From positions 9,023 to 73,022 of the forward strand of contig CAVIFU010000002.1 in NCBI GenBank assembly GCA_963642145.1: a stretch of DNA of 64,000 nucleotides, in the 5' to 3' direction. Within the stretch, counting starts at the first letter, position 1; each line of letters starts with the position of its first letter. The position numbers and the translations under genes are program-made. Origin of the DNA: Ruminococcus bicirculans (ex Wegman et al. 2014) (GTDB lineage: Bacteria; Bacillota; Clostridia; Christensenellales; DTU072). The notes beneath the pieces are model-generated. The model saw only the letters and a program-made list of their open reading frames with translations, was not told the DNA's origin and searched no databases. Positions 11,071 to 22,892 of the stretch are shown piece by piece.

Positions 11071-11394
11071 ATGGAAAAAATTATTAACGGTATTGCCGAA
11101 TTTGATTCTTTAATTGCCGATGAACGCGTCGTTATGGCTGACTTTTGGGCTACTTGGTGCGGTCCGTGCAGAATGCTTATGCCTACGGTTGAAAAGCTTG
11201 CGGAAGAGGCAAACGGCAAGTATGTCGTAGCCAAAGTCAACGTCGACGAAAACGAGGAACTTACCGCTCGTTACGGAATAGTCAGTATACCCACACTGCT
11301 GTTTTTCAAGAAAGGCGAGCTTGTCGAAAAGTATGTCGGAGTCAAATCCGAAGACCAATTGAGAGCCGTCTTGGCAAAATATGTAGAGGCGTAA
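11071..11394 (+). CDS. trxA: Thioredoxin
   Basis: WCGPC active site. GGAGG at 11061-11065 precedes the ATG at 11071. The ORF-track start at 11059 is a TTG inside the RBS. Confidence 0.9.
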   Translation: MEKIINGIAEFDSLIADERVVMADFWATWCGPCRMLMPTVEKLAEEANGKYVVAKVNVDENEELTARYGIVSIPTLLFFKKGELVEKYVGVKSEDQLRAVLAKYVEA

Positions 11395-11395
11395 A

Positions 11396-12649
11396 ATGAT
11401 TGATCTGACACCACTCAAAAACAGCGATCCGGTTTTGGCGGAAGCTCTTATCAAAGAGCTTAACCGCCAACGTGACAACGTAGAGCTGATAGCCAGCGAA
11501 AACTTTGTTTCGTTACCCGTAATGACGGTTGTGGGAACCCATCTTACCAATAAATATGCCGAAGGCTATCCGGGCAAGAGGTACTACGGCGGATGCGTAA
11601 ACGTAGACGTGATAGAAGATTTGGCACGCGAAAGGGCAAAGGAGCTGTTCGGCGCGGCGTACGCAAACGTCCAACCTCATTCCGGCAGCAGCGCCAACAT
11701 GCAGGCATACAAGGCTCTTATCAACGACGGCGACGTCATCCTCGGTATGGACCTCGGCGCAGGCGGACACCTAACGCACGGCAGTCCCGTCAATTTCAGC
11801 GGCAAAACGTACCGTATCGTGTCGTACGGCGTGGACGAAAACGGTTTCATCGATTACGAAGAGGTAGAGCGCAAAGCGCGTGAGAACAACGTAAAACTTA
11901 TCGTTGCCGGCGCAAGCGCCTATCCGCGCGCAATAGATTTCAAACGTTTCCGCGAAATCGCGGACAAAGTAGGGGCATACCTGATGGTTGATATGGCGCA
12001 TATTGCGGGACTTGTCGCAGCCGGGTTACATATGAGCCCCGTGCCGTATGCGCACATAGTTACCACGACAACGCACAAAACCTTGCGCGGACCTCGCGGC
12101 GGTATGATACTTACAAACGATCCGGATATAGCCAAGCGCGTGGACAAGGCGGTATTCCCCGGCACCCAAGGCGGACCCTTAATGCACATTATTGCGGGTA
12201 AAGCGGTTGCTTTCAAAGAAGCGCTTTCTCCCGAATTCAAGGAATACCAACGCAAGATAGTCTCCAACGCAAAGACTCTTGCCGATACGCTGATGGCAAA
12301 CGGTATCAAGTTGTTCTCCGGCGGTACGGATAACCATTTAATGCTCATAGACTTGCGCGGTACCGGCGTCGGAGGCAAGACGCTCGAAAAGCTCTTGGAC
12401 GAAGCAAACATCACCGCGAACAAAAACAGCATTCCCAACGATAACGCAAGCCCGTTTGACCCCAACGGCTTACGCATAGGCACCCCGGCTGTTACCACCA
12501 GAGGCATGGACGGAGACGCCATGATCGTCATAGGCGAGTGCATAGCAGACATAATCAAAAATAAAGAGGAGGCAGTCGAGCGCACCGGCGCGCGTATTCG
12601 CGAGCTTACCGCCAAATTCCCCCTCTACGAAAACGACTTTATATTATAG
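11396..12649 (+). CDS. glyA: Serine hydroxymethyltransferase
   Basis: PLP-lysine motif [14 protein letters not shown], with full-length conservation. Confidence 0.96.
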   Translation: MIDLTPLKNSDPVLAEALIKELNRQRDNVELIASENFVSLPVMTVVGTHLTNKYAEGYPGKRYYGGCVNVDVIEDLARERAKELFGAAYANVQPHSGSSANMQAYKALINDGDVILGMDLGAGGHLTHGSPVNFSGKTYRIVSYGVDENGFIDYEEVERKARENNVKLIVAGASAYPRAIDFKRFREIADKVGAYLMVDMAHIAGLVAAGLHMSPVPYAHIVTTTTHKTLRGPRGGMILTNDPDIAKRVDKAVFPGTQGGPLMHIIAGKAVAFKEALSPEFKEYQRKIVSNAKTLADTLMANGIKLFSGGTDNHLMLIDLRGTGVGGKTLEKLLDEANITANKNSIPNDNASPFDPNGLRIGTPAVTTRGMDGDAMIVIGECIADIIKNKEEAVERTGARIRELTAKFPLYENDFIL

Positions 12650-12658
12650 TAGGATAGT

Positions 12659-13846
12659 ATGAAAAAGGTTTATTTGGATAATTCTGCGACAACGGCTCTT
12701 GATAAGACCGCTCTTGACGCAATGATGCCGTACTTTATCGAAAAGTTCGGCAATCCGAGCTCACTCCATTCGTACGGGAGAGAGGCGTTGCGCGCCGTCG
12801 ATGCGTCACGCGAAACGATCGCGAAGATAATCAACGCACGCACCAATGAAATTTACTTTACTTCCGGCGGAAGCGAGTCCGACAACTGGGCATTGAAGGG
12901 CGTTGTACGCGCCTCACGTGCGAAAACCAAACATATAATCACAACAGCAATCGAGCATCCCGCAATAATGGAAACTCTCGATTACCTTGTGCAGAAAGAA
13001 GGCGTGGAGGTAACATATCTTCCCGTAAACCAAGACGGACTTATCAGCCTCGATGACTTAAAAAAGGCTGTTAGGGACGATACCATATTGGTATCAGTGA
13101 TGTTTGCAAATAACGAGATGGGCGCGATACAACCTATTGCGGAAATCGGCGCGTATCTTCATGAAGAAGGCATCTACTTCCATACCGACGCCGTGCAAGC
13201 CATGGACTCTCAAAAAATCGACGTAGAGGCAATGAATATAGATATGTTGTCCATGTCGGCGCATAAGTTCCACGGACCCAAAGGAATCGGCGTATTGTAC
13301 GTTCGTTCCGGCGTTAAATTGGATAGGCTTATCGCAGGCGGTCACCAAGAACGTCGCGCGCGCGCAGGCACGACCGATACGCCTCTTATCGTAGGCATGG
13401 CAAAGGCATTGGAAATTGCGGATAGGGACAGAGAAGAAAATAATAAGCGTATAGCGGATTTGCGCGACAAATTCGTCAAACGCGTTTTGGAAGAGATACC
13501 GTTCGTGTATCTGAACGGCGGTATGGAACACAGACTTCCGAATAACGCGAATTTAAGCTTTGCGTATATAGAAGGCGAAAGCATCCTCATCAATCTCGAT
13601 CTTGCGGGAATAGCCGTCAGCAGCGGTTCCGCGTGCTCGTCGGGATCCTTAGAGCCGTCGCACGTCATTTTGGCGCTCGGAGTCAAAGAGGAGCTTGCGC
13701 ATAGCTCTATACGTTTCAGCTTGGGCAGAGACACGACGCAGGAAGACATGGACTATACGTTTGAGGTCCTCAAAAACACCGTTGAGAAACTCCGCTCGAT
13801 ATCACCTCTATTTAACATGGAAAAAGGAACAGGTTCTTATGTATAA
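12659..13846 (+). CDS. nifS: Cysteine desulfurase (NifS/IscS type)
   Basis: PLP Lys motif SAHKFHGPKG and catalytic Cys loop SSGSACSSGS. Paired with a small NifU scaffold gene. Confidence 0.92.
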   Translation: MKKVYLDNSATTALDKTALDAMMPYFIEKFGNPSSLHSYGREALRAVDASRETIAKIINARTNEIYFTSGGSESDNWALKGVVRASRAKTKHIITTAIEHPAIMETLDYLVQKEGVEVTYLPVNQDGLISLDDLKKAVRDDTILVSVMFANNEMGAIQPIAEIGAYLHEEGIYFHTDAVQAMDSQKIDVEAMNIDMLSMSAHKFHGPKGIGVLYVRSGVKLDRLIAGGHQERRARAGTTDTPLIVGMAKALEIADRDREENNKRIADLRDKFVKRVLEEIPFVYLNGGMEHRLPNNANLSFAYIEGESILINLDLAGIAVSSGSACSSGSLEPSHVILALGVKEELAHSSIRFSLGRDTTQEDMDYTFEVLKNTVEKLRSISPLFNMEKGTGSYV

Positions 13847-14207
13847 CGATAAAGTATTAGAAGTATTCTCCAACCCGAAGAACGCGGGCGATATGGAGAA
13901 CCCCAGCTGTGTAGGCACAATCGGCAACGCCGCTTGCGGCGATATTATGAAGATGTATCTCAAAATCGAGAACGGCGTAATCACCGACGCGAAGTTCAAG
14001 ACGTTCGGTTGCGCCGCGGCAATAGCTACCGCGTCCGTCGCGACTGAAATGGTCAAGGGCAAAACTATAGAAGAGGCACTCCAAATCAGGAATGCCGACG
14101 TCGTAGACTACCTTGGCGGACTTCCTCCGCAAAAGATACACTGCTCGGTTTTGGCAGAAGAAGCGATCCACGCAGCCATTGACGATTACAATAGCAAAAA
14201 CAAATAA
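13839..14207 (+). CDS. nifU: Fe-S cluster assembly scaffold NifU/IscU (122 aa)
   Basis: Three scaffold cysteines in [17 protein letters not shown] and IHCSVLAEE. The ATG at 13839 overlaps the nifS stop by 8 nt, and the ORF-track start at 13695 was trimmed. Confidence 0.9.
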   Translation: MYNDKVLEVFSNPKNAGDMENPSCVGTIGNAACGDIMKMYLKIENGVITDAKFKTFGCAAAIATASVATEMVKGKTIEEALQIRNADVVDYLGGLPPQKIHCSVLAEEAIHAAIDDYNSKNK

Positions 14208-14217
14208 ATCCAAAAAA

Positions 14218-16026
14218 ATGGACGAAAGACAGAGCAAAATAAGGAATTTTTGCATAGTAGCGCACATAGATCACGGCAAAAGTACACTTGCCGATAGAAT
14301 TATGGAGCTTACGGATACGGTAAGTCGCCGCGACATGAAGGAACAGCTTTTGGATAGTATGGATATCGAGCGCGAGCGCGGTATAACCATCAAGCTTACC
14401 CCGGTAACTATGCGATATAAGTACAACGGAGAGGAGTATACGCTTAATTTGATAGACACTCCCGGGCACGTTGACTTTACGTACGAAGTATCACGTTCTC
14501 TTGCCGCGTGCGAGGGAGCGATACTTATCGTGGACGCCACGCAAGGCGTGGAGGCGCAAACGCTTACCAACGCCTATCTTGCAATAGACAACGACCTCGA
14601 AATTATTCCCGTAATCAACAAAATAGATTTGGCTTCCGCCGATCCCGATGCGTGTAAAAAAGAAATAGAAGAAGTTATCGGTCTTGACGCGGAGAACGCG
14701 CCGCTTATCAGCGCAAAAGAGGGAATCAATATCCAAGAGGTGGTAGACGCCGTCATCGAGAAGTTGCCTTGCCCGTCCGGTAATCCCGAAGCGCCGTTGC
14801 GCGCTCTCATATTCGACAGCCTGTACGATAACTACAAAGGAGCTATTTGCAACATTCGCGTCGTAGACGGAGAGGTAAGAGCAGGAGACCGTATCAAGAT
14901 GATGGCTAGCGGCAAAATTTTTGACTGCACCGAGGTCGGCATTTTTACGCCCAATATGCAAGAAGTGGACGTTTTGCGCGCCGGTGACGTCGGATACCTT
15001 GCCGCGAGCATCAAAAACGTCAAAGATACCGCCGTAGGCGACACCATCACACATGTGGAAAACGGCGCTCCCGAACCACTACACGGCTACAAAAAGGTAC
15101 TGCCCATGGTGTTTGCAGGCATCTACCCGGCAGACGGCTCCAAATATAACGATTTACGCGAGGCAATGGACAAGCTCAATCTGAACGACGCCGCATTGCT
15201 TTATGAGCCCGAAACGTCGGGCGCGTTGGGTTACGGCTTCCGCGCGGGCTTCCTCGGATTACTTCACATGGAAGTAATAGAAGAGAGATTGGAACGCGAG
15301 TTCGATCTCGATCTTGTTACGACGGCGCCGAGCGTCAGCTACAAAGTCAAAAAGTTGAACGGCGAAACCATAGACGTAGATAACCCGTCGCACCTCCCTA
15401 ATCCTGCCGAAATAGATGAAATTTTAGAGCCCATCGTGTCCGCAAGCATATACACACCGCCGGAGTACGTCGGCTCAATAATGGACTTGTGTCAGGAAAA
15501 ACGCGGCGTATTCGTCACGCTCACTTATCTGGATACGTCAAGAGTAAAAATCGATTACAAAATTCCGCTTGCCGAAATAATATATGACTTTTTCGACGCG
15601 CTTAAATCGCGGACGAGAGGTTATGCGAGCTTGGAATACGAGCTTGACGGTTACAAGGCGGACGATCTCGTCAAATTGGATTTTCTTCTCAACGGCGAGC
15701 CGTGCGACGCATTATCGCTTATAGTACATAGGGACAAAGCCTATGCGCGCGGCAGAAAAATCGCGGAAAGGTTGAAAGACGTAATACCTCGTCAGATGTT
15801 TGAAATTCCCATTCAAGCGGCAATCGGCTCCAAAATAATCGCGCGCGAAACGGTCAAAGCTTTGCGCAAGGACGTCCTTGCAAAATGTTATGGAGGCGAT
15901 ATCACGCGCAAAAAGAAACTTTTGGAAAAGCAGAAAGAAGGCAAAAAGCGTATGCGCCAATTCGGTAGCGTGGCAATTCCTTCCGAAGCCTTTATGTCCA
16001 TACTCAAATTTGACGATGACGACTAA
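14218..16026 (+). CDS. lepA: Elongation factor 4 (LepA)
   Basis: GTPase motifs [17 protein letters not shown] and NKID. The ORF-track start at 14113 was trimmed to the ATG at 14218 ([11 protein letters not shown]). Confidence 0.96.
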   Translation: MDERQSKIRNFCIVAHIDHGKSTLADRIMELTDTVSRRDMKEQLLDSMDIERERGITIKLTPVTMRYKYNGEEYTLNLIDTPGHVDFTYEVSRSLAACEGAILIVDATQGVEAQTLTNAYLAIDNDLEIIPVINKIDLASADPDACKKEIEEVIGLDAENAPLISAKEGINIQEVVDAVIEKLPCPSGNPEAPLRALIFDSLYDNYKGAICNIRVVDGEVRAGDRIKMMASGKIFDCTEVGIFTPNMQEVDVLRAGDVGYLAASIKNVKDTAVGDTITHVENGAPEPLHGYKKVLPMVFAGIYPADGSKYNDLREAMDKLNLNDAALLYEPETSGALGYGFRAGFLGLLHMEVIEERLEREFDLDLVTTAPSVSYKVKKLNGETIDVDNPSHLPNPAEIDEILEPIVSASIYTPPEYVGSIMDLCQEKRGVFVTLTYLDTSRVKIDYKIPLAEIIYDFFDALKSRTRGYASLEYELDGYKADDLVKLDFLLNGEPCDALSLIVHRDKAYARGRKIAERLKDVIPRQMFEIPIQAAIGSKIIARETVKALRKDVLAKCYGGDITRKKKLLEKQKEGKKRMRQFGSVAIPSEAFMSILKFDDDD

Positions 16027-17125
16027 GGGCATATATATACATATACCGTTCTGTGATGCCAAATGTACCTATTGCGACTTCTATTCTGTATCCTCAGATA
16101 CAGAAACAATGGTAAAATATACCGATGCGCTCGTGTCGGAACTCAAAGAAATATCATCTTTGTATCCGACAAACGCAGATACCGTATACATCGGAGGCGG
16201 CACGCCGAGTGTGCTACCTCCGTTTTTGTTGAAAAAAATCGTCAAAACCGTATACGATTGCTTCGGCAATTCCGTCAAAGAATTTACCATGGAAGCCAAT
16301 CCGTGTTCATGCGCTTATCCTAAGGAGTATCGCGCTCTGGGCATTAACCGCATCAGCCTCGGCGTGCAGACGCTCAACGACAAACTTCTCGGAGTCATCG
16401 GCAGGCGTCATACATCCTCCGTCGCGCTGAATAAGCTTGCCGAACTTGCCGGAATCTTTGACAACGTGTCTGCAGACTTAATCATCGGATTGCCCGGGCA
16501 AACCGTCGAAGACGTCGTGTGCGCCGTTGACAATATCGCTCCGCTCGTCAAACATTTATCTATGTATATGCTCAAACTTTCGGATACCGTTCCGATGGCG
16601 ACGAGCGTAAGAAGCGGCAACCTCGTTTTGCCGGACGACGATCTGACCGTAGACATGTATGAAGAGGCGTACGCGCGCATGACGGATTACGGGTTGCATA
16701 GATACGAGATAAGCAACTTCGCGCGCGACGGCTACGCAAGCGCGCACAACCTAAAATATTGGTTAAGACAAGAGTATATCGGCGCAGGGTGCTCGGCACA
16801 TGGCTTTATCGGTAGCCTCAGATACCAAAATCCGAGTAATTTAGCACAATACATCGATGGCAAACGTTTCGGACGCGGTACGGCCGAAACGCTTATCGTC
16901 GACAAGCAAACCGCTCTGTTTGAAACGATTATGCTTGCGTTCAGGCTAAGCGAGGGCTTGGACGTAGACGCCGTCAACTCCGCATACAATATTGATTTTG
17001 AAAAGTTATACTCCGCTCAACTCAAAAAGCTTGCTCCGCTGCTTGTGCATGGCAACGGCAGAATAGCAATAAGAGACGATAAATTGCTCTTGGAGAGCGC
17101 GGTAGCTCGCGAATTTTTGCCTTAG
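16016..17125 (+). CDS. hemW: HemW/HemN-like radical SAM protein (heme chaperone type)
   Basis: [14 protein letters not shown] (CxxxCxxC) and GGGTPS. The ATG at 16016 overlaps the lepA stop by 11 nt. The lepA-hemN-hrcA order matches Bacillus. Confidence 0.85.
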   Translation: MTTKGIYIHIPFCDAKCTYCDFYSVSSDTETMVKYTDALVSELKEISSLYPTNADTVYIGGGTPSVLPPFLLKKIVKTVYDCFGNSVKEFTMEANPCSCAYPKEYRALGINRISLGVQTLNDKLLGVIGRRHTSSVALNKLAELAGIFDNVSADLIIGLPGQTVEDVVCAVDNIAPLVKHLSMYMLKLSDTVPMATSVRSGNLVLPDDDLTVDMYEEAYARMTDYGLHRYEISNFARDGYASAHNLKYWLRQEYIGAGCSAHGFIGSLRYQNPSNLAQYIDGKRFGRGTAETLIVDKQTALFETIMLAFRLSEGLDVDAVNSAYNIDFEKLYSAQLKKLAPLLVHGNGRIAIRDDKLLLESAVAREFLP

Positions 17126-17178
17126 CTTAACGTTTCCTTAAAATTTGAAAAATTTTTTTCGGAATTTGCTTCAAACCG

Positions 17179-17207
17179 TTGACAAAGGGTATACTTGCGC
17201 ATATAAT
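17179..17207 (+). promoter_or_regulatory. SigmaA-type promoter of the hrcA-grpE-dnaK-dnaJ operon
   Basis: Perfect TTGACA (17179-17184), exactly 17-nt spacer, perfect TATAAT (17202-17207). Confidence 0.8.
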
Positions 17208-17211
17208 GTGT

Positions 17212-17238
17212 TTAGCAATCGAGATAGATGAGTGCTAA
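17212..17238 (+). promoter_or_regulatory. CIRCE operator (HrcA binding site)
   Basis: TTAGCAATC-N9-GAGTGCTAA versus the consensus TTAGCACTC-N9-GAGTGCTAA (one mismatch). It lies immediately after the -10 box and upstream of hrcA. Confidence 0.88.
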
Positions 17239-17276
17239 CAATGAACTCAGACAAGTGCTAAACGAAAAGGTGTGAG

Positions 17277-18320
17277 ATGGAAAGACTATCGGAAAGGAAA
17301 AGCAAAATCTTAAAGGCGTTGGTGGAGGAATATATCCGGGAAGCTCAACCGGTTTCTTCCGGCGGAATACAATCCAAATATTTCTCCGACATAAGTTCGG
17401 CGACCATTCGTTCCGAGCTTGCGGCGCTTGAAGAGATGGGATATCTTATCCAACCGCACACTTCCGCCGGTAGGACCCCGACGCCCAAAGCGTACAAGTA
17501 CTATGTCGAGCACTACGTTGACAAGCATCCGCTGCGCAAAAAGGATATCGACCTCATAGACGCGTCCTTCTCTGCCAAATTCAACGCGGTAGAGGATATC
17601 GTCAAGACGACCGCAAAGGTCATCAGCGACGTAACCAACTACACGTCCGTGATAGTCATCAAAAACATCAAGAAGGTTCTCATCAAGCAAATCAAGCTTG
17701 TCGGACTCGATAAGCACAGCGCCCTCGTCATAATCATAACCGACTCGGGTATAATTAAGGATAAGGTGATTACGCTCAACAACAACATCGTAGACGATGA
17801 GTTTATCTCGAGCGCGTCGTTGCTCATCAACAAGATCTTTGCCGGCAAGAGGCTCGGAGACCTGCACGACTCCGACGTACTTGTCCAAAAAGAGCTTACG
17901 GAGTTCAGAGAGCTGTTTGACAACGTCGTCGCCATACTCAAAGCGTATTGCGCCACTTCCGAAGACGATGTGTTCATGGAAGGCGAAAGCAAAATGCTCG
18001 ATTATCCGGAGGCAAGCATAGACAGCGCAAGGCACTTCCTGTCGGTGATAGACAACAAGTCCGCCGTTGCCGCCCTCGTAGACGCGTCCGACGACATAGA
18101 GTTCAACGTTAAGATCGGCAAGGACGAAACCGCGGGCATGGACAAATGCGCGATAATCACCGCGAAATACTCCGTAAACGGCACCGAAATAGGACACGCC
18201 GGAGTCATCGGACCCGAGCGTATGGATTACGCCAAAGTCATGTCGGTGTTGTCGTACATCGGAGAGACGATAGGCAACGTAGTAGACAAAAAAGGAGAAA
18301 ACGATGTCGAAGACGAATAA
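17277..18320 (+). CDS. hrcA: Heat-inducible transcription repressor HrcA
   Basis: N-terminal winged-helix region (RKSKILKALVEEYI), HTSAGRTPT, 347 aa. Preceded by CIRCE. Confidence 0.93.
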   Translation: MERLSERKSKILKALVEEYIREAQPVSSGGIQSKYFSDISSATIRSELAALEEMGYLIQPHTSAGRTPTPKAYKYYVEHYVDKHPLRKKDIDLIDASFSAKFNAVEDIVKTTAKVISDVTNYTSVIVIKNIKKVLIKQIKLVGLDKHSALVIIITDSGIIKDKVITLNNNIVDDEFISSASLLINKIFAGKRLGDLHDSDVLVQKELTEFRELFDNVVAILKAYCATSEDDVFMEGESKMLDYPEASIDSARHFLSVIDNKSAVAALVDASDDIEFNVKIGKDETAGMDKCAIITAKYSVNGTEIGHAGVIGPERMDYAKVMSVLSYIGETIGNVVDKKGENDVEDE

Positions 18321-18897
18321 AAAAGAAATGCCGGACAGCAATTCCGGCGCAAACGAAGCTCCGCTCGAAGAAGAGGAACTCGTCGTAGAGGAATCCGCAG
18401 AGGCAAACGCAGACGTCAAGGCGAAAAACGCCGCGGGACAGCCCACAGAAGAGGCTGTCGTATCGGATCCCGTGGCGGAAGCCAACGCCAAAGCAGACGA
18501 GTACAAAGACATGTTACAGCGGTTGCAAGCGGAATTCGACAATTTCCGCAAACGCAACGCTGAATCCGTTAAGCTCGCAAGGCAAGACGGCGGCAACGAA
18601 ATGATAGTAGCCATGCTCCCTATCCTCGATAGCGTAGACAGGGCTCTTTCGATGATAACGGACGAATCGACCAAAGTCGGCGTCAACCTCATCGGCAAGA
18701 TGATTCTCGACGTATTCGGCAAATACGGCGTCAAAGAGATAGACGCACAGGGTGCCGAATTCGATCCGAGCCTTCACAACGCAGTCATGCAAGTCGAAGA
18801 CGCCCAAAACGCCGGCAAGGTGGTGGAAGTTATGCAAAAAGGCTACACGCGTAACGGGAAAGTAATCAGGTACGCGATGGTCAAAGTAGCCTGTTAA
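18304..18897 (+). CDS. grpE: Nucleotide exchange factor GrpE
   Basis: Acidic N-terminus, a coiled-coil region (LQRLQAEFDNFRKR) and a C-terminal beta domain. Overlaps the hrcA end by 17 nt. Confidence 0.93.
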   Translation: MSKTNKKEMPDSNSGANEAPLEEEELVVEESAEANADVKAKNAAGQPTEEAVVSDPVAEANAKADEYKDMLQRLQAEFDNFRKRNAESVKLARQDGGNEMIVAMLPILDSVDRALSMITDESTKVGVNLIGKMILDVFGKYGVKEIDAQGAEFDPSLHNAVMQVEDAQNAGKVVEVMQKGYTRNGKVIRYAMVKVAC

Positions 18898-18974
18898 TCG
18901 CAACAAAGCGCATATGCGCAGTCGGCACGTAAGTGCAAATATAAATACAAAGCTAAGCAAAAGGAGATAGAAAA

Positions 18975-20795
18975 ATGTCCAAAATTATAGGTATTGACCT
19001 TGGAACAACCAACTCGTGCGTAGCCGTTATGGAAGGCGGCGAAGCAACCGTTATAGCTAATGCGGAAGGTAGCCGTACGACGCCGTCCGTAGTCGGATTT
19101 GCCAAGAACGGAGAGCGTCTCGTAGGGCAACTTGCAAAACGCCAAGCCGTTGTCAATCCCGACAAAACCGTTTCCTCCATCAAGAGAGAAATGGGCACTG
19201 ACTACAAAGTAAAAATCGACGATAAGGAGTACACTCCCCAAGAGATCTCCGCGATGATTCTTACCAAACTCAAAAACGATGCGGAGGCGTATCTCGGACA
19301 AAAGGTAACCCAAGCCGTTATCACCGTACCCGCATACTTCTCCGACAGCCAACGTCAAGCGACGAAGGACGCAGGCAAGATCGCAGGACTCGACGTATTG
19401 CGTATCATCAACGAGCCTACGGCAGCTGCGCTTGCATACGGACTTGACAAAGGCGAAAAGAACCAAAAGATACTTATCTACGACCTCGGCGGCGGAACGT
19501 TCGATGTTTCCATCCTTGAGCTCGGTGACGGCGTATTCGAAGTCCTTGCAACCAACGGCAACACTCGTCTCGGTGGCGACGATTTCGATAAGGTCATCAT
19601 GGATTGGATCGTATCCGAATTCAAGAAGAACGAAGGCATCGACCTGTCCGGCGACAAGATGGCAATGCAAAGGATTAAGGAAGCTGCCGAAAAGGCAAAG
19701 ATCGAGCTCAGCGGCATGACGAAAGTCAATATCAACTTGCCGTTCATCACCGTAGGACCCAACGGACCTCTGCACATCGATTTAGACCTTACTCGCGCTA
19801 AGTTCGACGATATGACCGCGCACCTCGTTAAAGCCACTCTGGAGCCTATGAGAAAGGCTATGGAGGACGCAAAACTCAAGATGAGCGACATAGACAAAGT
19901 TGTGCTGGTAGGCGGTTCGACTCGTATCCCTGCCGTAGTAGACGCGGTAAGGAACGTGACCGGCAAAGAGCCCTACAAGGGCATCAACCCCGATGAATGC
20001 GTAGCAATAGGCGCTGCAATTCAAGGCGGCGTTCTCTCCGGCGAAGTCAAAGACGTATTGCTCCTCGATGTTACGCCGTTGTCGCTCGGCATAGAGACCA
20101 TGGGCGGCGTATTCACCAAGCTGATAGACAGGAATACGACTATTCCTACAAGGAAGTCTCAAATATTCTCAACGGCGGCGGATAACCAAACTTCCGTAGA
20201 CGTGCATGTGCTTCAAGGCGAAAGAAGTATGGCTGCCGACAACAAGACGCTTGGCAGATTCGAGCTCACCGGTATACCTCCTGCGATGCGCGGAGTACCT
20301 CAAATAGAGGTTACGTTTGATATAGACGCCAACGGCATCGTTTCCGTTACCGCGGTCGATAAGGGCACGAACAAGAGCGCGAACATCACCATAACGGCAT
20401 CCAGCAACCTTTCCGAAGCCGACATTGACAAAGCCGTCAAGGAAGCCGAGAAATATGCGGAAGAAGACAAGAAGAAGAGAGAACTTGTAGAGATGAAGAA
20501 CACTACCGAGCAACTCATCCTTGCCGTAGAGAAGACTGTTTCCGAGTCCGGCGACAAACTCTCCGATGAAGAAAAGACAACTCTTACCAATGCCGCTAAG
20601 GAAGCGAAAGAGAAACTAGACAAAGCAGACGATGTAGAAGCCGTCAAGGCTGTAGGCGAAGAGCTTAGCAAGGTAACCAATCCTATCTTCACAAAGCTCT
20701 ATCAACAAAACCAAGCTAACGGCGCAAACGCCGAAGGCAACGCAACCACAGACGACGATACAACCATAAACGTCGATCCCAACGACATAAAGTAA
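18975..20795 (+). CDS. dnaK: Molecular chaperone DnaK (Hsp70)
   Basis: [18 protein letters not shown] and [10 protein letters not shown]. Strong RBS AAGGAG. Confidence 0.98.
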   Translation: MSKIIGIDLGTTNSCVAVMEGGEATVIANAEGSRTTPSVVGFAKNGERLVGQLAKRQAVVNPDKTVSSIKREMGTDYKVKIDDKEYTPQEISAMILTKLKNDAEAYLGQKVTQAVITVPAYFSDSQRQATKDAGKIAGLDVLRIINEPTAAALAYGLDKGEKNQKILIYDLGGGTFDVSILELGDGVFEVLATNGNTRLGGDDFDKVIMDWIVSEFKKNEGIDLSGDKMAMQRIKEAAEKAKIELSGMTKVNINLPFITVGPNGPLHIDLDLTRAKFDDMTAHLVKATLEPMRKAMEDAKLKMSDIDKVVLVGGSTRIPAVVDAVRNVTGKEPYKGINPDECVAIGAAIQGGVLSGEVKDVLLLDVTPLSLGIETMGGVFTKLIDRNTTIPTRKSQIFSTAADNQTSVDVHVLQGERSMAADNKTLGRFELTGIPPAMRGVPQIEVTFDIDANGIVSVTAVDKGTNKSANITITASSNLSEADIDKAVKEAEKYAEEDKKKRELVEMKNTTEQLILAVEKTVSESGDKLSDEEKTTLTNAAKEAKEKLDKADDVEAVKAVGEELSKVTNPIFTKLYQQNQANGANAEGNATTDDDTTINVDPNDIK

Positions 20796-20808
20796 TTAAG
20801 GAAACGTA

Positions 20809-21978
20809 ATGGCACAACAAGATTATTACGGCATCTTAGGTGTCGAAAAAAACGCGAGCGCGGACGAAATCAAGTCCGCGTATCGCCGTATGGCAAAGAA
20901 ATACCATCCCGACGTCTACGCTACCGCGAGTGAAAAAGAAAAAGCCGAGGCTGAGAATAAATTTAAGGACATTCAACATGCCTACGACGTTTTGTCGGAT
21001 CCGCAAAAGAGAGCCGCATACGACCAATACGGTAGCGAAGACGGACCTATGGGCGGAGGCGCAGGCTTCAACCCGTTCGGAGAAGGCTTCACTTCATCCG
21101 GTTTCGGCGGAAATTCGGGATTCGGCGATATATTCAGCGACATATTCAGCGCATTTGCGGGCGGCGGAAATCAACGCAGCGCAAGTTCCTCGCGCGCCGG
21201 TGACGATATCGAGGTAGAGCTGACGCTCACTTTCAAAGAAGCTTGTTTCGGCGCGAAGAAAGAGGTCACTTATTCAAGGGTAGAAAAATGCCCTACGTGC
21301 AAAGGTACCGGCGCCAAAGACGGTACGAGTGTTAAGACTTGTACCAAATGCGGCGGTAAAGGAAGAGTCGTTGTACAACAGCGCACCATGCTTGGCGTAA
21401 TGCAAACCGAGCGCGTATGCGATATGTGTGGCGGTACGGGCAAGATAATTATGGAGCCGTGTCCCGATTGTAAGGGCAAGGGCAAAGTGCGTAAGCAACG
21501 CACTATTTCCGTAAATATTCCCGCCGGCGTAGACAACGGGCAAATGCTCAATATGCCGAATGAAGGTAATGCCGGATACAATGGCGGACCTAACGGGAAT
21601 TTGATCATTGTTTTCCGCGTCAAACCGCATTCGTTGTTTGTCCGCAAAGGCAATGACCTTTCGTTCGAGTTGCCTATAACCGTAACGCAAGCGGTATTCG
21701 GAGATTCGATAGAGGTACCCACATTGGATAAGCCTGTGCGTATAGATATTCCTGCCGGGACCAAGAACAACACCAATATCAAAATCAAAGGCAAGGGCGT
21801 CAAGGACTTGCGTCGCAACGTATACGGCGATCTCATAGCGATAATCAAGGTAGATATTCCGAAGAACATCGGGTTGAAACAACGCAAGGATTGTCGCGCC
21901 GCATTCGAGCAAGTTGATCAAAACGCCACTTACGATGAAGTTGAAAAATACAAAAAGAAACTTAGGAACCTCGACTGA
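20809..21978 (+). CDS. dnaJ: Molecular chaperone DnaJ
   Basis: J-domain with HPD (KKYHPDV), a G/F-rich linker and four CxxCxGxG zinc motifs. Confidence 0.96.
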   Translation: MAQQDYYGILGVEKNASADEIKSAYRRMAKKYHPDVYATASEKEKAEAENKFKDIQHAYDVLSDPQKRAAYDQYGSEDGPMGGGAGFNPFGEGFTSSGFGGNSGFGDIFSDIFSAFAGGGNQRSASSSRAGDDIEVELTLTFKEACFGAKKEVTYSRVEKCPTCKGTGAKDGTSVKTCTKCGGKGRVVVQQRTMLGVMQTERVCDMCGGTGKIIMEPCPDCKGKGKVRKQRTISVNIPAGVDNGQMLNMPNEGNAGYNGGPNGNLIIVFRVKPHSLFVRKGNDLSFELPITVTQAVFGDSIEVPTLDKPVRIDIPAGTKNNTNIKIKGKGVKDLRRNVYGDLIAIIKVDIPKNIGLKQRKDCRAAFEQVDQNATYDEVEKYKKKLRNLD

Positions 21979-22892
21979 TGTTTAAGAAGCTAACCGTGAC
22001 AACCACAACAAGCGGCGCCGACGCGGTAGCCGACGCGTTTTGGGCGATAGGCGTAGACGGCGTAGAGATTCTCGATCCGCACGACCTTGAAGACGTTTTG
22101 CACGATGAAACGTGTTGGGATTACGTAGACGAAGGGCTGTTGGACACCACAAAACCGGTGACGGTCAGTTCTTTTGTCGAAGACGTCGATCTTCAAACCA
22201 AATCGGATGAACTCTGCAAGTTATTGAAGGCAATAGAGCCGTTTGAAGGCGCTTACACGCCCGTCGTAACGGATGTTCCCGACGTTGATTGGGAGAACGA
22301 CTGGAAAAAGTACTATCATCCCATCGATGCCGGCAGATATACGGTTATGCCCGATTGGATGCAGGCAGAGCACGGAAGTTCCGACAGCATTATTTACATA
22401 AATCCGCTTATGGCTTTTGGCACGGGCGAGCACGAGAGTACTCGGCTGTGTCTCAGGCTGATGTCGGAAATAGATTTCACAGACAAAACCGTAGCCGATA
22501 TAGGAACGGGCAGCGGTATTCTTGCTATCGGCGCAAAAAAATCAGGCGCGCAGTCTGTTTTTATGTGCGACATAGACAAGGAAGCCGTTAAATGCGCCAA
22601 AGAAAATGCCGCTTTCAACGGCGTTGACGGGATAAAAGCGATATGCGGAGGGGCGGAAGCGTGCGATGTGCTAAACGACGTTGTGCTTGCCAATCTTACC
22701 GCAGATATTCTGCAAAAAATTTCGAGTGATATAGTACGTATCGTCAAGCGTGGCGGTACGCTCATATGCTCCGGCATACTCGATACAAGAGAGAAGGATT
22801 TAACCGATCACTACGTAGCGTTAGGCTTTACCGTAGCCGATAGAATCGGTGAGGGCGAGTGGGTCGGAATAAGGTTTACGTATGGAGCTTAA
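21978..22892 (+). CDS. prmA: Ribosomal protein L11 methyltransferase
   Basis: SAM motif DIGTGSGILAI. The dnaJ-prmA-rsmE-mtaB order matches Bacillus. 1-nt overlap with the dnaJ stop. Confidence 0.9.
   Translation: MFKKLTVTTTTSGADAVADAFWAIGVDGVEILDPHDLEDVLHDETCWDYVDEGLLDTTKPVTVSSFVEDVDLQTKSDELCKLLKAIEPFEGAYTPVVTDVPDVDWENDWKKYYHPIDAGRYTVMPDWMQAEHGSSDSIIYINPLMAFGTGEHESTRLCLRLMSEIDFTDKTVADIGTGSGILAIGAKKSGAQSVFMCDIDKEAVKCAKENAAFNGVDGIKAICGGAEACDVLNDVVLANLTADILQKISSDIVRIVKRGGTLICSGILDTREKDLTDHYVALGFTVADRIGEGEWVGIRFTYGA

Noticed and set aside
17310-18734. A 474-aa ORF on the minus strand spanning hrcA and grpE.
   Set aside because: It is antisense to two genes with unambiguous family motifs on the + strand. 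It has no RBS. Its composition (runs of V/R/G/D/L) is typical of the reverse frame of a coding region and matches no recognisable family.
18894-19775. A 293-aa minus-strand ORF opposite dnaK. Other long antisense ORFs occur at 9827-10498, 11920-12615, 21274-21921, 57477-58121, 58144-58851 and 60286-61005.
   Set aside because: All lie fully inside strongly supported + strand genes and lack RBSs and recognisable domains. They are ordinary shadow ORFs.
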